Source: Tubiluchus corallicola (lineage: Eukaryota > Animalia > Priapulida). From it: a stretch of DNA of 64,000 bases. This document shows positions 52,840-64,000 of this stretch, piece after piece. Under the pieces are notes generated by a model that was not told the origin of the DNA, did no database searches, and saw only the letters and a program-made list of their open reading frames with translations. The stretch's first letter is position 1; each line of letters begins with the position of its first letter. Where the stretch lies: contig JAQGDQ010000001.1 of the NCBI GenBank assembly GCA_030141605.1, positions 2,542,001-2,606,000 on the forward strand, read 5' to 3'. Made by a program: the position numbers and the translations under genes.

Positions 52840-55686
52840 TTATAAGCCTGCGTTGGTTCTGATCCAGTCTAGGTAATAAGTAACTCGAGCGTAAACGCCA
52901 GGATAATCCGGTCTGGCACATCCTATACCCCAGGATACAACTCCTGCTTGTGTCCCATCACTGGCTTGCATAGGTCCTCCCGAATCACCCTGTATCAATC
53001 AACGAAATAAACAAAGTTTTTACCTAATATTTCTAAATTTTAATGCAATTGCACAAACTAGTTTGGTGGAAGCGCTTCATTTTTTGTCACAGGATCTCAA
53101 AGGTACGTAAATACATGAAGATTTATGAACTTTATACATCGAGTTTTCAGTATCATACATGACATTTTAAATTGTTGTACATTTTAATATTTAGATAAGT
53201 AGCACTCAAATATCTCCTAATATTTTACCTGACAAGAGTCATATCCACCTCCTGGTATTGTAGCGCAGAGCATACCGGGTCTAATTTGTGCAAAACTATA
53301 GCCATATTGTCTACACTCAGTGTTGCTCAATACTTTTACCTGGACAGCTTGTAAATTTGGTGAAATACTTCCACCTAAAATTAAAATGACCAAGATCACA
53401 TCTCAAACTGTTACTGCTACTATTTGAACTCTGTTTGATAAAACAAGTCTGCAGAGAGTAACTTTGTTTCGGAGTTAATTTTATCATTTTTTATTCCAAA
53501 ATTGTTTTTGTAAGCTACTTGCTAAAATAAGCCTTTCTCCGATTATAAAGTGGATGCCATCTACAGCTGGGATAAATTTCCGTGATGTAGAAAACATCGA
53601 TTAGCTTTATATTTATTCTATTTAACACGTACACTAAAGTACAGAGCAAAATTAGCATACAATAATTATAATACAAGGGAAATACAAACCTAGATACTGT
53701 AAATAGGCCTTTATACAAAAAATGAGTTTATGTAATAGAAGGGTGAAATACGGATAAAGACAGAAAGAACGTGACAAAATTGGTTTCTTGGGGGGTATGA
53801 TGACAGCAATGCTGAAAATTCTTGGATTATTTTTTTTCGGTCAAACTGAATGGCCGGAAAATTAACTAGATCAACATCCCGACAAACAAGTAGAGCTATT
53901 CTGAAAGGCTGAAGGGTGCTAAGATGACAAAAAATGCAATTGATCGATATTCAACTGACAAACTCATGAGACAGCTACCAATCGTATTGGAGGAGAGTGA
54001 GTTCTTTAGTTGCTGCTTGGGCGTACCCCGCAAAATTGCAAACTGTACAGCAGAACACGGTAAATTCTCTATTGATTTAACAGACTTATTCCGTACAAGT
54101 TGTGCATTACTCGTGGTTTTTTACTCGTAGTTTTTGTACCACTATAGCGAAGAAGTACTCCTGAATATAAATTGTGGACGCATTACGGCCTGAGTGAGAG
54201 AAACATTTTACATATTTTGTTATTTTGAACTGCGTCAAGCTCATTCAGATTTAAAATAAAATAATGATCAGGGGTCATTGTTCTGATTATAATAATATAT
54301 TAATTTGGAAAAATATTCTGTGCCAAGGTCTCATTGGTGCCGAATCTTTCAGTGAAATTTTGCCACCAAAGCGTTATTTGTACATTTGTACGTTATTGTA
54401 ACCTACAAATTTTAGGTTGCATGTCTTATATTGATAAAGCACATTTCAATCTTTTCTCAAAATGTTCACTCACATCACTGACAGAGGTATGATTTAGAAA
54501 GGAGTTTGTGCATTCTTCGAGCAAAACGGAAAATTTTACCGATACGTTACTGTAATAGAGAATCAGGTTTCCGACAAATGAAAAGCAGGTACAGCTTTGA
54601 CAATCATACAGTATTCACTAGATGAAAGTAACATTTTTGTAACTGTGCACCTGAAGATTCTACAGGATTCTACAGCGAGCCAGGAGTCGGACCATATCTT
54701 GCGTAATGTCGGACTTTGGAACTCAGGCGCACCAAATGCTTGATTGCTTCAGAACATCACTAGGATCATTTGTATGAATTATAAACAAAAAACTTCCTCA
54801 GTCAAGATAGTATTTCTCCGATTCAGAAATTAGAGAAACCTTCATTTTACATAAAGATACTGTGCTCTTGTGTCAATATCAATCTATATATATCATATAT
54901 ATATCAATCTACATATATCAATCTAATAAATTTTGCGCGCACTTTTAGCTTGTCAGTTATCGGTATTGATTATCAGTTCGAGGGTTGATTCAAATTTACT
55001 AGTTTGTTTTTTTATTGTTTCTTGATTGCACGTATATATAAATTATAAACATATTTGTTATGTACCACCGTTTGCTTACATTGCATTGTTAGCTGCAAGC
55101 ATTGCTAGCTTACTTCGCACAGCTGCTTGCACCGACTTACACAACGATTATTAGCAATTTGCATTGTCAGCTTACCTTCACTTATAGCTCCCCATCCAGT
55201 AACGGTTACTGTGTCCCCGCTAACAGATTCTCTTGTAGCCAGTTGGATGGGCTGCCAATTTTGAGTATCCATGGCCGTTTCTAGGTGCATTAGCGCAACA
55301 TCGTTGTTTGTCGTGGATGGATTATAGCTTTCGTGGACGATGATACTCCTCACCTGTCATATATATTATAAACGTTAATTTGAAATCTTGCAAAACCTTT
55401 TATTGCTATTGTGTTATTAGTTAATACATTAATATGAGCTATAAAACTTACATTCACTTCATAGCCTCCGGAAGCATGATAAGTTGAACCGTACCGAATT
55501 CTAAAGTCTGAGGGACTATTGGAGCTTCTGCAATAAATAATTAAAAGTTCAGACATTGTCTCTACTCTACCGTAGGGTCGAATATTATTGTGAAGTAATA
55601 TATTTGATATATTACTTATTTATAATAATAATATATATAAGAATATATATAATAGATATAATATATGTGAAAGTAATACACACACA

Positions 55687-55773
<87 letters not shown>

Positions 55774-57664
55774 ATGCTGTTATCTTCTATTTTTGCTAAC
55801 ATCAAAAACAAATTTGACACCAAGAGAGCGGTAAAAAAATTTGACGTTGTCGATTTTTGGCTCGTCCAGGGTCACGCACTGGTCAGCAAAACGAATATCT
55901 GGACAGCATCAAGCAGCCATGTCAAAAGAAAGCAGAAAATATAAATAAATAAATAAATAAATATACTGAATTGTCAGCAATAGTACTGATCCTATCCCAA
56001 AAACTATGGGAACAGAAGAACAGTGTGAACTGCTAGATTATCCTTCTTGCGTCCTCCATGCCAGCGGAACATTTGTTAAGATATTAAAAACAATTGCTGA
56101 ACCATTGAACTCCGCATAGCATCTCAGCGTATTTATAGATACCAGCGTGCAATGGCCCTATAAAGGGCAAAGCCATTGCAATGTCTTCTTTTATTAAAAA
56201 CAAATCCTATTTGACTTATAAGCGCCAAGAAATTAATTACTTGGAATGTGAATCATAATATTGTTGGCTAGTTAACCAAATCATGTCTTTTTTCATTATA
56301 AGGGACTGTGTGATCAGTGTGTTGTTGGATATGTAGTTCAAAGTTTCTTATTCAAGTCCTGACTCAACACGACTTTTGCATTTTTTTCCTTTGTGAATTG
56401 GTTTGCATTTTATACTAACGAGGAAAACTGATATTAGCTATATTGTAGTTACCAAAATTATTATTAACTATCACCGATTTCCACGTGTGTTTACACCGTT
56501 GAGATCCGCGTTGGCGACATATATTAAAATAACTTACCCATAAAGACAGTGAGCCGCTGTTAGTATGACGGTGTCAGAGATGATAGATCCGCCGCAGAAG
56601 AACGAATACGTTCCAAAAAATCCACGACGCAGAAGCGCAACCTGGAATACAAAATCTGCTGTTTTGATAATGAACCTGCTAAATTTGTGGAAAATAATTG
56701 CGCACAGCCAGCATCGTTTTGTTTCATTTGATGCAAAAATAAATTAATAATATAATAAGCAAGTAAGCATTAAGTGATGTGAACAGATGTAACTAGATTA
56801 CCTGGCTTCATTTTGTAACGTAGACGGAGCCGTAGACTTCGCAAACAGTTATTGTCGTCATAGCCGTCATCATCATCATCGTCATCGTCGTCGTCATTAT
56901 CCTCATTATCACCATCATCGTCGTCATTATCGTCATCGTTTTTATCGTCGCTATAATTGGTATACAATAAACGTTTTTTAACTAACCTGATAAGGATGTT
57001 GATTAATTGTGACATCGTAGCCACCAACTATTCTTGAATCATCGCTCGGTGGTTTCCAACCTGAAACATAAAAATCCACCCAAACAATAATAGGCTTCTG
57101 CTAATGCCAATTGTAGCGTCTTGACTTCACAGAAACTTTATTGTAAGTAATAAACCGACAGGCTATACTGATATCTGTTTCAACCATCCATGTGTTCTTA
57201 TAGTTTATAGTTGTATTAAATATGAAGTGTAGTATTATATATAATATATAGTATATAATAAAGTTTAGAGTGACTCAAATTAATACAACTCGACTGAAGA
57301 CTAATATTAGCATATTATTTAGGGTATCGAGCATTAAAATGACCTAAAAACTTAAAACAGAGGCTTAAATCGATAATATTATGTAGATATTTTACATTTA
57401 TTATTCATCTGTTTTGAGCATACAAAGAACTGCTGTTCAATAATATTAGTACGCATCAAAAATGTAAAGTATATAACATAATTAATAAGAACAATGAATA
57501 CAATGCATTATTATATACATAATAGAAAATACTATCATAACGCAATAGCGCCTTTTATTATAAAGGCATCAGTACGGCTTACCCTTTGGAAGGCGTGGCC
57601 AACGAGGCCTCGGTCCAGCAGACGCAAAAGCGACCAAAGCAAACAACAAAATAAGATACTTCAT
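52840..57664 (-). CDS. Trypsinogen (S1A serine protease) B, 269 aa; exons 57664-57583, 57060-56987, 56641-56538, 55527-55452, 55353-55176, 53374-53229, 52989-52840
   Basis: Signal peptide [21 protein letters not shown]|[41 protein letters not shown]. Same intron positions and phases as trypsin A. Confidence 0.95.
55678..55771. repeat. (CACG)n/(CA)n microsatellite
   Basis: Directly visible repeat. Confidence 0.97.
56850..56950. repeat. Degenerate (TCA/TCG)n intronic repeat
   Basis: Directly visible; source of a poly-Asp ORF. Confidence 0.85.
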
Positions 57665-57716
57665 CTTGGCAGTTTCAAAAATGTTGGAAATAAGCATAAA
57701 CGCTTCAGATAGCCAG

Positions 57717-57821
57717 TTTTATACAGTTTCCTTAAGCTTATCTTGTGAGAATTGAACATGACTGTCACGACTATGGCTACTCGACGTAAACAAGCTGACT
57801 GGTACACAAGCAAGTAAACAA
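57717..57821 (-). promoter_or_regulatory. Trypsin B promoter: TATA box and GATA/CSL/forkhead module
   Basis: TATAAAA at 57723-57717, TTATC at 57738, TGTGAGAA at 57744, TGTCACGA at 57763, GTAAACAA at 57786 and 57814. Confidence 0.75.
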
Positions 57822-60800
57822 GTGAGACAAGTCTTGTTTTCTTTTCAAAAATTTCATTTTGGTGACTGTCGTTTTACATTTAATTTTATTTGTTTGCAAT
57901 AAGCACAAACAAATCGTACAGACTTTCCATTAAAAGTTTAAATGATTTTAGTATTTTTTTACAATTCTCTTTTCTGGCTTTAATCTCTTCATGAGAGATC
58001 AGTTTAAACAAATGTGGTTCTTGTTTATCTGACAGAGAGAACTGAGGAGTTTGATGAGAATTTGCCCATATGTACAATGTTGAGAGCGATGTTGCGACCA
58101 AGTAAATGCAAACGTTATTGCCTGATAGTTTGTTTGCTGAATGAAAACATCTCGCAAATTCGTGCCTAAGAATTTCGAGGCACGTTTTTGAAGGTACGTG
58201 ATATTGGAGATGGCGTGGAACTCGTACCCTTTTTACGACCGTCCTGGGTCTAAGTAATGTAGTTAGGTAACTAAGCTCTGTTTTTTGCAGCCGTGTCCTA
58301 TTTCACGTTTAAAATAGTCCAACAGCCTTTCAGGAGCACCTGGCGGAATTTGAATTTTTAAATCGTGCCTTCTTCAAGGCACAGAATCTTTAATGTCTCT
58401 ATCGCCGTCGTATTACGAACTTATTACGAGTAATAGTAAGTTATAGAATGCGGTTTTGTTGCAATGTGTATATCGGCGAAGAAGATCAAACATATCAACA
58501 CACCATTAAATATCAAAAACACAGAGACATAGGAGGTTGTCGGTGACAAGGCAGCATGGCCTAAAGTGAATGCAAGAGTCATGCCGGGTGTGGATGCGCT
58601 CAAACCACATTAACAGAAAACGTCAGTACGGCTTTGATTTGGTGCGATAAACCTAAAATAAATTTATTTTATAAAGTACAAAAATCGAAAACAAGAAGAA
58701 AATAGTAACTGAGGAAATTTAGCGAAATAATAATAATAATAATTAACAGTCTGTAGTGATAGTGATTAACAAGTAAGCAAATGAGTTGAGAAAAACGATT
58801 GCAGGTAGATTTATACAATCTACCTTTAAAATAAAAATTAAAGGGAACGTATACTATCGTTGCTTTACAAAATCGTATATGAAATTAATATCGTCACTAC
58901 ATGATAATTAGTACTAAAAGTAGAATTATTTATGGCTACTTACGATTTTGGTGGCATTATTTAAACATCATATTTGTCAGTAAAAGTAAACGAAAATATA
59001 ATTCGAAAACCAGAACTACATGTATACTGTGACAGAGTATGTACGAAAATGAAAACGACAGGTCTACAAAGTATAGAGAATAGAGTGTATAGGCGTGCAG
59101 TGATTCATTTCAAGTGGTAATGTATACTAGTGATGTACAGTCGCATTCACATCAGAGGGCGTGTGACTCCACTCATTCCAGAAATGAAATGAAGGAAATC
59201 TCAGTGTGGTTGTACCAGTCCCAATCCCAGGATGCATCTTACTTTCGAGATTTTGGTATTGTGATGGGATTGTAAAATGAGTCATCTTAAAATGAAAATG
59301 AAAAGTGAAAAACTAAAACGAAATGCAATTTATGCTGAAATCATGTAAGAAATGCAATCATGTTTAAAGTAAAAAAGAGAATTCGAATGTCAATATTCTT
59401 TCATCTTATTTCACCAGTTTAACTTACTAATAGCGTGGTACTTAACCGTAAGTTTACTTTCCCTGTAAACTTTCTCTTTTTTTAGTTTAGGTAAAACTAG
59501 TATAGTTAAAAGATATTTAATATTATTTCATATTAAATGTAGTGTAGGTTAAGCTGGCTTAATAATGATATATGATATTTATTTTCGTATTAAAAGGAAA
59601 TATAATAACATTTCAAACGTTTCATTACAAAAATGCCTACATTATCATATTAACTACTTTTTAAACTAGACTAGTTTGAAGAACGAGAGTCTGCCTGATA
59701 TCGGTATATTTATTCTTTTTCTGTGAAATATGAACATCAGCCAACATTTATAGTAAATGTCTGACAGTCCACTAGGTATAATATTCTACCAACAGCAACA
59801 CAAGATGGCCGTGTTACAGAAGCTTCACTTTCACTAGCAACCAAGATAGTGATCACTTCACCATTACCTATTCTATCGCATCACATAAGCCACACTGCCA
59901 CATCAAATTCAGAACACCAGTTACAGTAACAAGCAATAAACTTGCTTGAGGAGAGAGATATTGTCAAAAATTTTAGCTATGAATGATGTAGATTTGAGGA
60001 AATTGCCAATATAGGCTATAACCCCAACACGCAATATTATTAAGAGTATCTACTTATCATAGATAATAACTATGTAGCACCGTCTGTATTTTGGGACCAT
60101 TCTGTCGTCCAGCCCATTCATTCAATAGTTGGGATATTTTGCTGTACATCTTTCGTCATACTTCGTCATATTTTTTCTGCATACGTAAAGTAATATGCAT
60201 ATCATTTCTTATATTGCTTGCTTTGATATATGAACCGACCAATCAGCTTCGTCGAAGCTTGAAATGAAAGGGTCAGTCTGATTTAAGTTGTTAAACTGCT
60301 TGTTTGATATATTTTTGGCAATAAAGTTAAAGTTTACTACTTCGTAAAACACGCTTTTTAAAGTATTATAGTATGCTGAGGTGGAGGCGAACTTTTAGTA
60401 TTGTGCTTTATCCAATGCCTGACGACTTTTGAAAGATACTAATTATACGATAAGACGTTGACGCAGATGCTTAAAGCACCGTTGCATGCACCGTCTTGGC
60501 TGTGAATTTTGCACTAGATATTAGCCAGTTGGTAGCAGATTGGTTACGATTATGACTACTGTTAAGGAGTCTTCATTGGAGGCAGTTTCGTCTGTGGTAA
60601 CTGTAGTCCAAGTCAATAGCAGGTTGCTGAAGTGTACTTAACCAATGGACGATGATTATGGTGATGATGACGTAGCTATGGTGATGGTAGAGATTGACCA
60701 ATGGAAAATGGTATATGGTTGTCGTAATGGCACTTATGGCAGCATTTATTAATATAGCTAAAATTTATTGGTTTGTTTCTCTTTGAAAATTAATTAACAC

Positions 60801-63800
60801 GCCAAGTTTTGGACACAAGCGAAACCGCAGTTGCGTAGGACTTTTGAGGAACTACGTGCTCCGCTTTGAAAAAATTTAGACTGTGAGTGCAGGCCGTTAC
60901 CATCTACCTTAAAATAATAACAGCCGTTAAGACACAAGATAAATCATTAATCTTCATTCACAGATGCCATGTTCCAGGCAACAGAATATAGAATGAATCA
61001 AAAGTGTTGTTGGGTGGTGCCATCTGTTGTCGCAAAAATCGACACATTTATAGCGTCGCGACTAATAGCACAAAACAAAATACAGTAGATTGTAAATTGA
61101 CATTACTAACACTGATTAGCAAATAAATTAATCTCAAAAAACTTTAACTTTAGTTCTTGTTTATTCGTTAAGTTGCAAGCCAATTTGCTAATTTTTGATG
61201 ATGAACTTCTCATTTTTGCGGAATCCTCACGCAAGGCGTGAACTGAGACTGTAAAACAGTTACTCGCACTTTTTCGTCAAAAATCAAACTTGTATTGTAG
61301 ATACGACAGCAAAAATCTCAGTTCACATGTAATTATAATAAATTTCGCGACTTTTTTGCCAGTTCAATAATTATTATGCAAATTATGAATGTAAAACACG
61401 GTTACGTGAATTTTAGTTGAGCGAATTAGTAAGAATTTTGCAATGAATTCACCCCTATGTGTAATTTCAGCCTTATGCATGTCCAACTGTCAACTGAAAA
61501 TTACTCTTAAAATTTGAAGTTTTTGCTAAACTATAGCCTAAATGTCTTCAATTTTGTCTTCATGGAAACAGAACAAAATTTCTGTTTTCGGACTTGGGCT
61601 TACTGCCCATTTTGAGTCAATATCCATAAAAATGGACGAGCAGTTTGTTCCTAATTCTCATTTAAATGTAACTGGAAATGAGACTAAAAAGTTTTAAAGA
61701 GTCTTAAAATGTATTAAAGAAGGTTTGTGAAAAGGTGACTTAGACGATATAAACTTACTTAGTTTAGATGACTTAGGCCAAAGATTGTATGCTTGAAAAT
61801 CACAGAAGGCAGATAGTAAGTACATTCTCGTCTGATTGGAAATTCTCGGCACATTGTAGAACCATGGTTTCTAAGACTTTTTGCAGAATAAATGTGATTT
61901 TTCAGTGTTTCCACACTAAGAACAAAAAAATGCGTTTTTGACTACTTACAAAGCTTATGTGCGTCACTTGATGGAGAACTACACATCGGAGTGGTTCCGC
62001 ATCACGTGCAAGATATAGACAACACTAAAAGAGGCCAGAGGCGGCCTATATAAGAGGCCTATACTAACTATGCCAGTTTAATTATGTTTCTTACTTAGCC
62101 CGCGTTTCCACTGCGTCCGCACCGACACACACGTTTAAAGAGATTTCTGACCGTACGTTTTCCGGCCGCAAAAGTTTTTTCACCCGATTTTCAAAAACCA
62201 TGAATATTGCAATAAGTTATAATAGATGAAAAGCAGTGCAACCTGCAACTCCTCGAATTTTACTTGATTTGCAAAATTTAGCTCGTTCATATAGTACGAT
62301 GTATAATTATTCACTTTGATTAGTTGAAACAAATCGCAGATTTTACATTATACAGCTGATAATAGTTTTTTCGGTTATAATTTTCTCCATAACTATACAT
62401 GCAATTATGCAAAGTAATTTTGAGAAAATGCAATAGGCCAATGTGTGGTTCGCAATGGCCATAAATCAAAATAAAGTCGAAATTCTGCGACAATAACGTG
62501 TGTACATGTTTACCACAAATTTGACAAAATCCATGGAACAAAGGATCGCAAAATCAGACTCAAGTTCACCGAAAATCAAATGCATATCAAAAATTAAATG
62601 TTCTTTCTTCGTCATTGACCCCAGAAGCTATTTCAATCCACATCTGTCTTGTGAAATCTCTGTGACTGTATTATGGGCCATTTTGTCACATAGGGAAGGT
62701 TTAAGACTGAACTCTACAGCGTGTATAGAAATGAACTTTTACGCGATCTGAAAAAAAGTTTGGCAATTAAAGTGCTGATTCGTGCGGAAACGGCAAGCAC
62801 GGAAAATAATGATTTGCAAAATGAGATTATCCGAACTAAAATTGTAGCCTAATCCCTGATCTAAAGGTAGTATACAAAATTTGCCATAAAATGGTGGGTT
62901 TACATTTTGATGATTTTTTTCAGCGTACTTCGCCAAATCAATTGCGTGGTTGGAACTTTAGATTGTTTAGGTCGTTTTCGAGAATATATGTCTCAAAATT
63001 CTCATTCGCTAACAGAGTTGTAAACTGGATTGGCTAGCTAGTACGTCAGTTTTTGCAAAAGATAAGGCAACGTTAATTTACTGCCTTAATGTAACTTTAC
63101 TCGAAATATGCGCGATGATTATCATAGGCCTAGTTAGTTCTCTCCATGCCAAATATAACGTCGTGTACAGTGCATATAATTCATACTTAGTTATATTTTA
63201 AAGTTGGCCTTTTAATGTTTTTAATCAATTTTAGTGCATTGCCTTTATAAACTTGCGTTATTTTAATGCGCCAATTTATAAATGCATAACTGTGCTTATG
63301 CCTGCTGATTTCTTTCTTTTATACTTCTTTAATAAATAAATAAAAATAAAAAAGTACAATATAGTTGAAATAGTGGCTTTATAGGTAGTCACTTTGTAAT
63401 CTCAATTTGTAAAATAGCACTTAATTGAAAAGACCACATTTCTTAGAAACTGAGAAAACTGCAATTAGTTTTGGTCGCAATTAAATATCGGTTTTGTGTC
63501 CTTTTGCTGCTGATTTAATTTCCACCACAATCCTAACTTTTTTAATTTTAACTTTTTTCCCTTTTTCTTTCAAGTTTTTACTTATGTCATAATTATCCTG
63601 TTCATCTTAGTCCAGTCTACCATTGTCCTTTTTACTTTCGGCTTTGAATAAGGCTGCCCTTTTGCCATCTCTTTGTTATTATTGTCTGACTTATATGTGT
63701 TTTTCTTTTCCTTGCTTCCGAGATTTCGTCGTTATCTTCAAAATAAATCCCTAAAACCATGCTGGAGAAATCTAAATTTTATGACGAAAGCTAAAGGTGC

Positions 63801-64000
63801 TCTAACATAGCGTAAAACAGACTTCCATTTGATTTTGCTTTCAAATAACGCTCGCAACTCTGCTGGGAATAGGAATTTGTGCCAAAAGCATTCAACCGTC
63901 AGATCCATCATTCCTCTGCAAAGTAAGCAGGAGCTCAGGAAATGAAACCAAACTCATAACTCCTGTATTACCTAAGTACCCATGGCGATTTTCCATTAAG

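Noticed and set aside
58000-64000. Short ORFs and possible DNA-transposon scraps at the right end
   Set aside because: No recognisable protein motifs, paired TIRs or consistent exon chain could be established by eye.

Overview
AT-rich, intron-containing eukaryotic DNA from an invertebrate animal (the Snail fingers look protostome-like; the species cannot be determined). Five intact spliced genes could be built by hand from GT-AG junctions with consistent phases. On the + strand: an SLC16/monocarboxylate-type MFS transporter (2 coding exons) and a Snail/escargot-family SNAG + zinc-finger gene (2 exons; the SNAG exon is missing from the ORF track). On the - strand: a CCSAP-like ciliary/centriolar gene (3 coding exons) and two tandem 7-exon trypsinogen genes. 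A third, decayed trypsin paralogue lies between the two. Non-coding DNA holds several LINE remnants, two MITE-like elements, a minisatellite and many microsatellites. Most notable: (1) a ~720-bp fold-back element with a minimal hammerhead-ribozyme motif in each arm and a candidate 11-bp TSD; (2) a GATA-CSL-TGTCACGA-forkhead promoter module with conserved spacing in both trypsin genes; (3) strong enrichment of CAGGTG E-boxes around the snail gene. Family assignments come from recalled motifs, not database searches.
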